Shown here: one piece after another, positions 9,642 to 20,300 of the stretch
How positions within the stretch are numbered: the stretch's first letter is position 1
Layout: each line of letters begins with the position of its first letter
Virus record (IMG/VR): IMGVR_UViG_3300031760_000002
Span: 64,001-128,000 of that record
DNA from: a virus
Lineage: Duplodnaviria > Caudoviricetes
Strand: one strand, 5' to 3'
DNA: 64,000 bases
Position numbers and translations under genes: made by a program
Notes under the pieces: model-generated
Seen by the model: the letters and a program-made list of their open reading frames with translations, nothing else
What the model was told of the DNA's origin: nothing
Database searches by the model: none

Positions 9642-11415
9642 CCCTGCATGCGGCTACCCATTTGGAGTCGACCCTGTCGTGGTACTTTGCCTTCTTGGAC
9701 CTGGCGCCGTATTCCATTTCGTCTTCGTACTCCTCGTACGCGTTGAGATCGGCGTCGTCTGACACCGATGTGCCTGTGTCGAACGAGTCCTCGTACACGG
9801 TCTCGTGCTCAACGACGTAAAGCCTTATGTAAGCCGGTATGCAGTCCCTTACGACGCCGAAGAACTTTGGATCGTATAGCGGGGCGTCATCCGCCAATGT
9901 ATCCGTTCTCACCGTTATGATGAGCGTGTTCGCACCGATCAGATTGTGCATGAAGAACTTCATCGGAGAAATCCTCCCGCATACCTTTCCCGGCGCAAAA
10001 ATCTTATCATACTCGATGCCCTGCAGGCAAGATTCCATGGAAACTCCGGCTTCCTCGTAATTGGCCCACGTGTCGTTCCAGAACAGGTCCTCGTCCATCT
10101 CGGACCCCTCAAGGTGGAACCTCAGCTTCGGATTGCCGTTCTTGTCGAATCCGACGCATACGACTTCCTGCTCCTCCCATCCGACGGAGAAGCCGCCTTC
10201 CAGCTCAGTCCTGAACAGCGCCGGAGGGAGGTCCACGACCGGCACGTCGGCGACGAATTCCTCGAAGTCGGACACGAACTCGCTGTAGTTGGCGATCCTG
10301 TCCACGTCGCTAACGCACGGATATACCCGGATCGCCTTGTCAAGCGTGTCGAACCTCTTAAGCCTGGCCCCCTTTACGACGTCCTTTCGCAGCTCGGTAT
10401 AGTTGACATATCTCTCCTCGCCCACCGGATCGTCTTCCCCCGGAGCTATTTTTGTCGACGGGAAAGTATATACGTTCCTGTCGGTAACGACATGCAGCGT
10501 CTCGTCGTCGTCCCTTATAACCCGGTCAACTACCTCCCCGTCCTCCTTTACCGTAGGAATTCCGCAAATGCAGGCCATGAGAGACTTTAAGAGCAAAGGC
10601 GTGCATCCAGAAGCGACTGTGTTCCAGGCCGCATTCACGACCTTCTTGTACACCTCCGACGACCTGGCCGGAAGCCTCATCGCGTACCCGAGCGCCGTAT
10701 ACAGGAAATTCCTGTCGAACATGGCGTCCGACGCCCACAGCACGGTTTCCACGTCGTTGTCCGCCGGGTCGTCTGCCACGACCTCGAACTTCGGGAACTC
10801 GTCGGCCTTCTCGCCCTCGAACGGATCAAGCTCCTCGGCTATCGCTATGGCACCGTCGAGTATCACGAACCCGGTGCCCTTGCTCATGACCACCGTGGCG
10901 TCGGCTATGTTGTTGGACAGGCACGTAAGTACGTCGAGCATGCTCGACGAACCTTCGTCAAGCGGATACACGACCATGTTCCTGTAGTTGGCGTCTACTC
11001 CGCCCAACGTTATCCTGGTGCAGTCCGGGTACGCCTCGTTCGTCTGCTCCCCGTACACGATCGTACCGTCGGACACAAGCTTGAACATGCCCTTCGACCC
11101 GGTGTTCCTCTTGCTTTTCCTGAGTATTATGGGATGCCACCTCTCGCGATGGAACACGGGGGCGTTCTCCCGGTCCTCAAGCTTGAGGTTCTCAAGGAGA
11201 TCCAGGTAAAGCTGCGATATCCTCAGCGCCCTTGCACCCTGGATATATTCTACGAAGTCCGGGTTCTCGTAGATCTCGGACCAGAACGACCCGAGCCACT
11301 CTGTCAGAGTTGCCGCGTTCCTCGCGTACTCGTCAGACGTATCCGCGGGGAACGAATCTACGGATTCTGCTGCAATGGACGTCCTGTTTGGAACGACCAA
11401 CGTTTCCTTAGACAT
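9625..11415 (-). CDS. Baseplate wedge subunit (P2 gpI/T4 gp7-like position)
   Basis: Directly follows the J-like gene. C-terminal VVRDCIPAYIRLYV resembles the gpI-type 'xxxPAH' motif. Confidence 0.5.
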   Translation of the reverse strand: MSKETLVVPNRTSIAAESVDSFPADTSDEYARNAATLTEWLGSFWSEIYENPDFVEYIQGARALRISQLYLDLLENLKLEDRENAPVFHRERWHPIILRKSKRNTGSKGMFKLVSDGTIVYGEQTNEAYPDCTRITLGGVDANYRNMVVYPLDEGSSSMLDVLTCLSNNIADATVVMSKGTGFVILDGAIAIAEELDPFEGEKADEFPKFEVVADDPADNDVETVLWASDAMFDRNFLYTALGYAMRLPARSSEVYKKVVNAAWNTVASGCTPLLLKSLMACICGIPTVKEDGEVVDRVIRDDDETLHVVTDRNVYTFPSTKIAPGEDDPVGEERYVNYTELRKDVVKGARLKRFDTLDKAIRVYPCVSDVDRIANYSEFVSDFEEFVADVPVVDLPPALFRTELEGGFSVGWEEQEVVCVGFDKNGNPKLRFHLEGSEMDEDLFWNDTWANYEEAGVSMESCLQGIEYDKIFAPGKVCGRISPMKFFMHNLIGANTLIITVRTDTLADDAPLYDPKFFGVVRDCIPAYIRLYVVEHETVYEDSFDTGTSVSDDADLNAYEEYEDEMEYGARSKKAKYHDRVDSKWVAACRDDYDD

Positions 11416-11416
11416 G

Positions 11417-13045
11417 TTATGCTATCGGTATTGTTGTGATCTGAACGTTCTTCTGCTCCAGTACGAAAACAGCGGTGTCTTTTGTAAGCATGTTCTTCGC
11501 GGACTTAACCAGCTCCACGTCAAGCGCGTCGCCGGACATCTCGTGTTTAACCCCGTCCGCGTCGTAAACGTAGCCGTAAAGCATCTCGTTCTCGTTGTAC
11601 AGGTCTACGCTGGTAGCCCCTAGGTTCCTGAGTATGGATGCTATTTCAGACCTGGTAAGCCTGCCGACGAATCCGGACGTGTTTACGTACTTGCATATCT
11701 CTGACTTGGCTTCTTCGACGTCGAAGGCCACGCTGTACGGGTATCTGACGACCGCGTTGACGGACGTGTTCACGATCATCGGCCCGCGTACCACGAAATC
11801 TGACCCTACGTTCCTGACAAGTCCGTCGTCCACGTACGACTGTATCTGGGACGCAGCCGGCAGCGACACGACCTCCACCCTGAACTCCTTGGACCCGGCC
11901 AGGCGGTCCTCATCCGTTACCGGAACCTCCGACACGGTGACGGTGGCGTCCCTCCATACCGTGTTCGCCGTCTCCCTTACGCTATCCTCGGACACCGATA
12001 TGTCATGCCACGTCGAAGACACGTCGGCGCTGTATTTCACGGAAAACGAATACGACGACAGCGCGTTCGTATCCGGGTCAGAGACGGAATACACGGAAAT
12101 CATGCCCGGGAAATCTACGTGCGATATGTCGATCGTAAACGTATCGTCGTCGTTCAGCCTGCCCGTCTTGGATACGGCCTGCGCGACCGGGAGATCCGTG
12201 AAGTTCCTGACGTAGACGTCAACGCGTCCGCCAACTCCGACGCCGAACAGATTGTGCTTGTCCCTTATCTGGGCTTCATTCCCGTAACCGCAAAGGGAAA
12301 CGGCCACGATAGGGTTGTCCGTAGCGTCGAACCTGTCCCTTAGCTGCGACTCGACGGCCGTTTCGGTGGTCAGGGCCCTGACCGAGAGCGACGACTTTAT
12401 CCTGTCGACGGTCTTGTCAAGCTCCTCGAGATCGGAACCCCCTGAAAACTTCTTGTACGCGCTGGCCGAAACGAACCCCACGATGGCCGTATCGCTTTCC
12501 AGGGAAACTCCCTGGTCAAGGTTGCCGTTCGATCCAACCTCGTCCGCAACAACCGGAACCAGGAACCAGTAGTTGGACACGCCCTGGAACTGCTTTACCT
12601 CACCTTCCCCTGGGTCCATGGACGCCGTAACGTCTTCGGAGACGGTGAACGAAACGCCGTCTATCGTATGGAACTTCACTCCGGAAAGTATCGTATGCTC
12701 GCCGTCGTCAGAGACGAATACCCTTACATACCCCCTGGCGACCGTTCCGGAAATGGACTCCATGTTGAAATTGGACAGCACCGCGTTCACGTCGTCGGTA
12801 GATATCTCCTCCCCGGCGGCAGCCCTTCTGGACAGCTCCATGAGAGACGACGAAAGACGCTGTTCGTCCGCCTGTGCCGCGAACATGGCGCCTACGGCTG
12901 AATCCGCGTCGACCAGCAGGTCCCTGAGCACGGTACCCCTGCGAAGATCCAGCTTGGGATACTTCGTTCTGATCATGTTTATGAGCATCTGCGATTCGGA
13001 TGACAGCTGCTCCTGCGTCAGGCTGTTTAGCGTTATCTCTCTCAT
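11417..13045 (-). CDS. Baseplate J-like (T4 gp6-like) wedge protein
   Basis: LRRGTVLRDLL, GTVARGYVRVF, VPVVADEVGSNGN and FSGGSDLEE are hallmark Baseplate_J motifs. Confidence 0.8.
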   Translation of the reverse strand: MREITLNSLTQEQLSSESQMLINMIRTKYPKLDLRRGTVLRDLLVDADSAVGAMFAAQADEQRLSSSLMELSRRAAAGEEISTDDVNAVLSNFNMESISGTVARGYVRVFVSDDGEHTILSGVKFHTIDGVSFTVSEDVTASMDPGEGEVKQFQGVSNYWFLVPVVADEVGSNGNLDQGVSLESDTAIVGFVSASAYKKFSGGSDLEELDKTVDRIKSSLSVRALTTETAVESQLRDRFDATDNPIVAVSLCGYGNEAQIRDKHNLFGVGVGGRVDVYVRNFTDLPVAQAVSKTGRLNDDDTFTIDISHVDFPGMISVYSVSDPDTNALSSYSFSVKYSADVSSTWHDISVSEDSVRETANTVWRDATVTVSEVPVTDEDRLAGSKEFRVEVVSLPAASQIQSYVDDGLVRNVGSDFVVRGPMIVNTSVNAVVRYPYSVAFDVEEAKSEICKYVNTSGFVGRLTRSEIASILRNLGATSVDLYNENEMLYGYVYDADGVKHEMSGDALDVELVKSAKNMLTKDTAVFVLEQKNVQITTIPIA

Positions 13046-13047
13046 TT

Positions 13048-13542
13048 CTACATCGTAAGTCCTGATGTGACCGGTATTATGAACGTGAACGAATCCCCGG
13101 CAGCGGTCGTTATGAGCACATGTATCCTTATCGTCCTTGACGCATAGTCAAGATCCATGTTCACAAGCCTCGTGTCCACGACCCTTTCGTCGTCAGGTAT
13201 GGACCCGAACCCCGGATCCTCGTCGTCGGCCCTCATGGCCGCCCGTGCGCTTGAATTGGCCAGCGCATAAAGGTTTCCGAGCTGTGCAAGGCTCGAAACC
13301 CGGCCGGACAGGGCGTCGTGAAGCAAGGTGCTTCCAACATCCGGTGCCAGCTTTACGCTTCCGAGATGGGTAAGAAACAGTATGGCATACCTCTGGACGG
13401 CCTTCTCTATCCCGGCAACGATCCTTGGATCCGTGTTCACGTCAGGATGGACACGCTGGGTGCGTATGGTCCTTTCGACGTGCTTCAACGCCTCCAGGTC
13501 CACCTGCCTGCCGGCATAGCTCCTTGAAGTAGGTCTGTTCAT
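13048..13542 (-). CDS. gp25/gpW-like sheath initiator
   Basis: AGIEKAVQRYAILFLTHLGS...PDVGSTL and DERVVD...IHVLITTAAG pattern. Immediately upstream of the J-like gene. Confidence 0.7.
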   Translation of the reverse strand: MNRPTSRSYAGRQVDLEALKHVERTIRTQRVHPDVNTDPRIVAGIEKAVQRYAILFLTHLGSVKLAPDVGSTLLHDALSGRVSSLAQLGNLYALANSSARAAMRADDEDPGFGSIPDDERVVDTRLVNMDLDYASRTIRIHVLITTAAGDSFTFIIPVTSGLTM

Positions 13543-13928
13543 TTGGCCATCTCCATGGACGTAAACGATTTGGTGTTGTCAAGCATGTACAGCTGCTTCG
13601 CCATCCTGGCCTTGCCCATGACATGCTGCCTCAGTTCCGTCTCCTTGTATCTCTTGAAGCATCCGATCCTGCCGGAAGCCATGAACGCTATCGCGCGCCT
13701 GTTCAGCATGAGCACGTCTATGTCCGGGGACTCCTGCTGCCGTTCCGAATCCCATTTTTCATTGTGCTCGGTCGGCTTGAACTTATCAAGAAGGTCGTCT
13801 ACGTCCTCCGCCCCGAATACCTCTATGAAAAACTCGCGCCTCGTGCCGCCGGAGAACATTTCGTACTCCTTGTCGGCCTCGTCCTGCAACTTGGGTATAA
13901 GCTCGTCGATCTTAGCCATTGTTAACAA
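13539..13928 (-). CDS. Hypothetical protein
   Basis: Co-oriented ORF overlapping both neighbours. No recognisable motif. Confidence 0.6.
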   Translation of the reverse strand: MLTMAKIDELIPKLQDEADKEYEMFSGGTRREFFIEVFGAEDVDDLLDKFKPTEHNEKWDSERQQESPDIDVLMLNRRAIAFMASGRIGCFKRYKETELRQHVMGKARMAKQLYMLDNTKSFTSMEMAK

Positions 13929-14724
13929 TGTACGCTATCTTGTCGCCGATGGCCTTGGCCCTCTGGCTTACGGCAGCCGGAGATATGCCGAGCCTTGCGG
14001 CTACCTCCTTTGCCGGAAGCTTTTGCGCCCCGTTCAAACCTGTTATGCTGTCGAAAATGAACCTGTCGGTGCTGTCCAGCTCCCTGTATATGGCTTCCTG
14101 AGCGAACGGAATCTTGCTTGGCGTAACAACGCCTGGCGCAGACGCGCTGATGTCGTCGCCGTCCATTTCGTCGAACGAGCTGCTGGCCACGGAGGCTACC
14201 GCCTTTTTTCGTACGTCTCTGACTCTTTTTACCGTCATTCCGAGCTCGTCGGCAAGCTCCTCGTCCGTAGGCTCCCTGCCATAGTCGTCCACGAACTCGT
14301 TCATAGCTCGATTGACGGCCGCCGCCTGCCTGGCAGCCACCTCCGGTATCTTGACGTCCTTTTGCGAATTGGAATACCTGGATAGCGGCTTCAGGTTCGT
14401 CACAACCCACGAGTTCAACCTGGCTCCAGACATCGGGTTGAAACTCTTCAGGGCCTTTACCGTCAAAATCTTCGCCTGCGACCTCAGCATCGTCTTGGGG
14501 CCCGAATACCTGGTTATTTCCGAATTTATGGTCGGATAGAAAGCCTCCACGGCCTTGGACAGGTTCTCCGGAGTCTTGTCCTTGAGCCAATTGGCATAGG
14601 CCTGCTCGCCCGTTGTCAGCCCCGTCAGCTTCGGGCCTTCGGTCTTCCGCTCGTTGGCTATCGCCTGTATGCCCCTGACAACCTCGTCGAAGCCGTCGTT
14701 TTCAGTGAAGTATGGTTCTGGCAT
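13912..14724 (-). CDS. Sigma-70 family (FliA/WhiG/SigB-like) RNA polymerase sigma factor
   Basis: Degenerate region 2 (KALKSFNPMSGARLNSWV), region 3 (YGREPTDEELADELGMT) and region 4 HTH (AKEVAARLGISPAAVSQR). Start MPEPYF chosen because it lies downstream of the predicted promoter. Confidence 0.85.
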   Translation of the reverse strand: MPEPYFTENDGFDEVVRGIQAIANERKTEGPKLTGLTTGEQAYANWLKDKTPENLSKAVEAFYPTINSEITRYSGPKTMLRSQAKILTVKALKSFNPMSGARLNSWVVTNLKPLSRYSNSQKDVKIPEVAARQAAAVNRAMNEFVDDYGREPTDEELADELGMTVKRVRDVRKKAVASVASSSFDEMDGDDISASAPGVVTPSKIPFAQEAIYRELDSTDRFIFDSITGLNGAQKLPAKEVAARLGISPAAVSQRAKAIGDKIAYIVNNG

Positions 14725-14743
14725 TTCGTTTCCCGTTTCCCAG

Positions 14744-14772
14744 ATATTACACCAAGTCGAACGATGACGCAA
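14744..14772 (-). promoter_or_regulatory. Sigma70-type promoter upstream of the sigma gene
   Basis: TTGCGT-N17-TAATAT in the intergenic gap. Confidence 0.55.
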
Positions 14773-14775
14773 CTA

Positions 14776-16365
14776 CTAGCTTGACGCAGCATGGGCGTTG
14801 TAGAACGGTATCTTCGGCGCGTCGCCTAGGATATTCGCGCTAGAACGGCTGGAAAGGCAGTATGAGAGCTGTATGTTGGTCGACGCGGACGACCTTGCAC
14901 AATCTATATTGTGCTGCACCGTGGCTATCTGCCCCGTGAAAAGCTCGTTGCCCGATATGAACGACGCCCTTTTGCCGGGTATCAGCCAATTGTCTCCGTC
15001 GATAGCGGTGCAGAACGCGCCCGACAACGATGCCGATACGCCGGACCTGTACTCGGACATGAACAGGCTGTTCATGTACAGTATGCGCACGGCGTTCCAC
15101 ATCTTTAGATCCTCGTTGCCGCCCGATTTTGAATTACTCGTCTTTGTCTTCGAGTACGAGTTCTCCCCGGTAGCCGTATTCGTAACGGGGTTCATCGAAC
15201 TCGCCTTCTCGTTGGCGACATGTATCCACGGGGGATCCCCGCACGGCAGCAGGCGCCCTACCGACGAATCCGACCCGGATGGTATGAACGCAAGGTTCGC
15301 CGTCTGTATCCCGGTCTTTTCGCCGGCGTTCCTGGCATACGTTATGGTACCCTCGGCCGGAGTCGCGCCGGGGCCGTTATACATGATACAGCCGTAAATC
15401 GGGTCCGGATCCTTGCTGGGCAAGTTTACGTTGTTCTCGTTGAAGTCATAAAGCTTTACCGATACGCTCTTCCACGGCATTATCGGCACGACATGCAGCT
15501 TGTCCTCGTAGAAGGTCGGTATCACCTCCAGCATCATCTGCGGGCATATCGACCCCGTAAGCGCGCTCCAGAACGAGCTGTTGCCGCCCTGCAGGGCGGA
15601 GGTCCACATGTCGGCCAGCGCGTATTTGACGCCGTTGATGTACCTGGACTTCAATATCGTTTCGCACGGAAGCTTGTTCGTGGCCCCTGAAAACTCCAGG
15701 TCGAAAATCAAATGCTTCATGTCCGCCTTGACGGCGTCCATTGCGGACAGAAGCTCCTTTGAAAACTCGCTCGCGCTCTTCAGCGGAGTGGACATGAGTA
15801 TCGACGCCTGGGACGAGAACTGCGTCTCCAGCTTGGCCTTCTCGTTCGCCGCCTTCATCGTGTCTATCGCGACTTCGGCGGCATTTAACGGGTCCGTAAC
15901 CTTGGGATAGGTCTTGTCGAAGTTAAGCGTATTGGACGCGTCGAAGTAGAACCCAGAGTGCATCAAAAGCCGGTATGCCGGGTGCATTATGGTTACCGCC
16001 ATGTCGAAAATACCGGTCGTCGATACGTTGTAAAGACCTACATCGGCTATAAGCCACTTCTCCAGCTTCAATTCCTGCGTAGTGCCCTTGCCGTCCTCTG
16101 ATACTATCTCCAATACGATGTCAAGGTTGCATTCCTCCAATCCGGCGGCCTTGTACGATAACATGTCGAGCGCGGACTTCAGATTGTTCAGATCGAGAAC
16201 ATGCACGTTTGTGCCTGACGACCCTTTCGTCGGAGCTATCCCTACCTGGCACGTCGGTATTGAATTGGTTGACAGCATAATGGCGGCGGTAGACACGTCG
16301 TACTCCGTGCCCCCGATGTCGAAAGTGGCCTTCTTTACGCCATATATGTAATTCTTACTTGGCAT
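14776..16365 (-). CDS. Putative baseplate hub (gp27/gpD-like)
   Basis: Size, position after the tape measure, and C-terminal LIPGKRA...FTGQIATVQHNID...TNIQLSY beta-barrel pattern. Confidence 0.5.
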   Translation of the reverse strand: MPSKNYIYGVKKATFDIGGTEYDVSTAAIMLSTNSIPTCQVGIAPTKGSSGTNVHVLDLNNLKSALDMLSYKAAGLEECNLDIVLEIVSEDGKGTTQELKLEKWLIADVGLYNVSTTGIFDMAVTIMHPAYRLLMHSGFYFDASNTLNFDKTYPKVTDPLNAAEVAIDTMKAANEKAKLETQFSSQASILMSTPLKSASEFSKELLSAMDAVKADMKHLIFDLEFSGATNKLPCETILKSRYINGVKYALADMWTSALQGGNSSFWSALTGSICPQMMLEVIPTFYEDKLHVVPIMPWKSVSVKLYDFNENNVNLPSKDPDPIYGCIMYNGPGATPAEGTITYARNAGEKTGIQTANLAFIPSGSDSSVGRLLPCGDPPWIHVANEKASSMNPVTNTATGENSYSKTKTSNSKSGGNEDLKMWNAVRILYMNSLFMSEYRSGVSASLSGAFCTAIDGDNWLIPGKRASFISGNELFTGQIATVQHNIDCARSSASTNIQLSYCLSSRSSANILGDAPKIPFYNAHAASS

Positions 16366-16879
16366 CTGCTACGGTTCTTCTGTATTCGAAGTCTAAAAGT
16401 ACGACAAGCGCCACTATGCACGATGAAAACGCCTTCGACGACTCCTTCGATCCAGTACGTATCAAATAAAGGCCGTCCAGCTTGGAATCTACATCAGCGT
16501 CCCCAACGTGCTGGAACACCATGGTTGAATTCGTCGACGAAAGTACCCTGGATACCATGTCGCTGGAACCCGGGTTTATGTTCTTGTAGAATGAAAATAC
16601 CGATCCGGTGGAAACCTTTGGCCTGTCGTCAACCGTCATGCGCCCGTCTATTCCTGAAATAAACGATGAAAATTCAGGTTCCATGACGAAAGGCATAAGT
16701 ATGTCCACCGCATGAACCTTTTCATCAACGGTTGCGCCCTCGCCGAACACATCGTCATACAGCCTTTTGACGTAGGGCTTGAGCTTAAGAGAAATGAAAA
16801 ATCCGTCAATTACCCATTCCGGCAATCCGGGAACGGCTGCGCTTTCATTCAGCAAAAGTGTTCTAACGTGGTTTACCAT
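16355..16879 (-). CDS. Hypothetical tail-region protein
   Basis: Co-oriented, abuts neighbours, locally AT-richer. Confidence 0.6.
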   Translation of the reverse strand: MVNHVRTLLLNESAAVPGLPEWVIDGFFISLKLKPYVKRLYDDVFGEGATVDEKVHAVDILMPFVMEPEFSSFISGIDGRMTVDDRPKVSTGSVFSFYKNINPGSSDMVSRVLSSTNSTMVFQHVGDADVDSKLDGLYLIRTGSKESSKAFSSCIVALVVLLDFEYRRTVADAK

Positions 16880-16880
16880 G

Positions 16881-17363
16881 TCATCTCTCCAGACTCATGG
16901 CCTTGCCGGATACCGTCACGGTAACCGTATTGAACTCGGTCTCGTACGTGGACACTGACAGGCTCAGTATGATCCCCTTGATCATCACTCCGTTTCCGAA
17001 CATCACATCTATGGTATTGGCGTACTTGGAAACCTTTATGTCGTTGTACGCCCCGACAAGCTCGCTAAGAGAATTTCCAGGCTTGAACTTGTCGTCCTTC
17101 ATGCACTTCTCGCCGAGAAACGTTATATACGTTATCGAAAACCCGGACTGCTCCGGATCGTGGCCGAACGCGTAGATATGGTTTACGTCGTTGAAGCACT
17201 GTATGATGGAATTCTTTTCGCTGTCGCTGAACGAAAAATTGGAAACAAGGGTGTTCTTGATGGTTGCCGTGTCCATGCCGGGTATGTAGACCATGCTGGC
17301 ACCAATGTAGGCGTCCCTCTGTATGTGGAAGGACCCTCTGACGACTCCGAATATCTTTGACAT
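16881..17363 (-). CDS. Tube-fold baseplate protein (tube initiator, gp48/gp54-like)
   Basis: Directly after the tape measure. Beta pattern NFSFSDSEK..IIQCFNDVNHIYAFG parallels the tail tube. Confidence 0.45.
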   Translation of the reverse strand: MSKIFGVVRGSFHIQRDAYIGASMVYIPGMDTATIKNTLVSNFSFSDSEKNSIIQCFNDVNHIYAFGHDPEQSGFSITYITFLGEKCMKDDKFKPGNSLSELVGAYNDIKVSKYANTIDVMFGNGVMIKGIILSLSVSTYETEFNTVTVTVSGKAMSLER

Positions 17364-17372
17364 GCAAACCCC

Positions 17373-20300
17373 CTATAGTCTAACCGTCTTGTCCTGTCCG
17401 GTGGTCTTCATGGTAGATATGAGCTCGTCGAGCCTTCCGCAAAGGGCGTCTATCTTTGCCCCGGACACGCCGGAACCGTCCCTTCCTTGACGGGTCGACG
17501 AGACTCCCGTAATCCTAGACTGCGCGCCTTCCATCGCTTCACCGTTTCCTGTAGCGTAGTCGACCGCCGCGACACCCATTCCAAGCGCGTTTGACAATAT
17601 GCTGTCATCACCGAACAGACCGTCGGACGCCCCCTTTAGAAGCCTGAACGGGGACGACAATATGGCGCCGGCCCAGTTTCTCTCGCCCTTCTTGCCTGAA
17701 TGGTACCACGTCTCATCGGACTGCCCGGTCGACGCCGCCGCCGACGCGTCTTCCGGTCCGGAAACCGTTCCGCCGATGGCCTCTACTACCTTCTTTATCG
17801 CCTCCTGGAACTGCTCGACCGTCGTTCCGGCCGCCTTGAGTGCTTCGGCGAACTTGGTTGGATCGTTGTTCTGGAACGCCTGAACTATCTTCTCAAGGTC
17901 GCTCATTGACGCGGATTCCGCCTTCTTCTCGTACTCCCGCATCTCCTTCCTGGCCTTGTCGCGCTCCTCCTCGGAAATGTTCGTGTTCTGGCTCTTCTCG
18001 ACCGCTTCCGCATAGGCCAGCTGATCGTCCCTGTTCATGCCGGCCATCTTCTTGCCCATGTCGCCGTACCCGGCAACCCTGTCTATCAGGTCCTGCTCCT
18101 TGTCCGACTTCGCCATGAGCTCGTCTATCTTGGCCTGGGCCTCCTCCTTCTCCTTCCTTGATTTTTTAGGATCGTTCAAAATGGCCCTGTTGTCGGCAAG
18201 CACCTTCTGGTCATCCTCGGACAGCCTCGACACGGACTCGTTGTAGATCTGGTCCGTCGTCCTGTACGACCCCTTCAACGAGCGCTGCAGGACTTTCTGG
18301 CTGCTTTCGTCGAGGCTTCCGGCTATCTCGTTGAACAGGGCGTACGCCTCCTCGCCCTTGCCCTCCTTCATCAATTTGTCGAACTGGTCCCGCTTCTTCG
18401 CTATCTCGGCCATGTCGATCTTGCCGCCATCCTTCGTACGGAACGTATCGCCGTACTGGGTTATGGTGTCGAACATCGAATTGGACGCCTGCGAAAGTGC
18501 GGACCTCGTGAGGGTTCCGTCCTCCGAAACGGCGCCGACGCTCTTGAGGAAATCGTTGCCCTCCAACGCGAACCTGTTTCCGTTCTCGTCCTTGAAATAC
18601 TCGAGATCCCTCAAGGCGGAGAACCTTGACGCGGCCCTTGTGTCCTCTATCTTGTTCCTGTTGTCGTCTGACAGGAGCTTGTCGTAGCCCTTTGCCGTGA
18701 AATTCTCGGCAGCAACCCTCCTTGCCTCCTCGTCCGACATTCCTTTGTCCTTCGCCGCCTGGAACTCCCTCTGCATCATCTCCCTGGCCGCAGACGCACC
18801 TTCGTCCATGTTCTCTCCGCCGGTCATGCCTTCGAGCTGGTCCATTATGGCCTGGTAGTCCCTTCCTCCGACGGCGTTGTCTATCTCCGATACGGATACA
18901 CCGGATTCCTGCAAAGCCATCTCGAGCCTTCTCTGCTTTGCGTTCCGTCCACCCTCCCTCAGCATCCTGGAATCCTCGGCCTGCGCCATCTGTACGCCTA
19001 GCTTGCCGGCGCTGTCCCTTTCCTGGTCAGTAAGCTTGGACGCATATTTGGCAAGCATCTCCGGATCGTTCGCTATCTCCTCGTAAAACTCCTCCGACCC
19101 GAAACCAAGCTTGGCCAGTCTCTTCTTGGCCTCAAGAAAATCCTCCCTGCGGCCCGTCTTTGCCATATCGACGATTTCTGAAAGCTGGTCCTCGTTCCCT
19201 GCAAACGCCCCGTTTTTCTTCGCAACCTCCAAAAGCGTGGCAAACGCGCTTCCCTCGGACTGGCCGTAAGACGCGGCGCGCGAGACCTGGGCGTCCATGA
19301 GATCCGCCTTGTCGTTCGTCGACCCGCCCAATGAAAACAGCTGTCGGGCGAACATGTTTTGGAAATTGAGAGCCGTCGCCCCGCTTACGCGGGATCCGAG
19401 CCTAGAGCCACCTCCGAGCGCCCCGTTCACCTCCATCAGCTGGGTTCCCATTATTCTGGGATCTATTCCGGCCATCGTTCCTAGCAGCTTTATCTCGTTG
19501 ACCTGGTCGTGAACCCTGTCTGCCACGGCCTTGTCATGGGATCCCTGTCCGTTGGTAAGCTTGTCAAGCGCCGCCTTCGATTCCGTCTCGCTTCCGTAGA
19601 AGTCCTTCAGGGCTGACGTAACGCCCGTGACGGCCTCGACAAGCGGCGTAGCGGCCTTTTCGACCAACCCGTCTATCTCCTTCAGCTGCTTGGCGGCTTC
19701 CTCTAGCCTTTGGTCGGCGTCTTTTATCTCGCTTTCAAGCTGGCTCTGCGCATCCGTATCGCCCCTCTCCTGCGCCTCCTTGTATTTTTCTACGTCCTCT
19801 TTCCTCCTGGCCTCCAGGGTTTTCATCTCGCGTACCACGTTGCCCCTGTTCGTAAGGATGTCGCGCATGTTTCCGGCGGACTGGTCCTTCCCGTCCAGGC
19901 CTTCACCCGTAAAACCGGTCTCCTGAAGCATTTTGTCAAGCGAACCGTTCTGGATGGCGTCGGCTATGATGTTTCCTACCAAAGCCTCGCTGGCACCGTG
20001 CATGTTCTGCCTCTTTACGATGCCGTCGTACATCATGCTGTTCGTGGTCGAACTTATGAGACCCGCTACGGCGTCTCTTTGCGTGGCAACCTGCGAATCC
20101 TTGTCCGTAAACCCGGTAAGCGCATCCAGCATGCCCATAGACCTGGGGGCCTGCTCGTCTCCGAACATGGTTCCGCCATATAGCCCCTGCATGCCGGCCA
20201 CGACACCGAGAGACCGCCCCGTGGCCACATTGGCGCTTGCCCCGCGATCGTACCCCAGAGCCTGGTTTACTATCGGAAGCCCGATCTTGGCGCCGATGTC

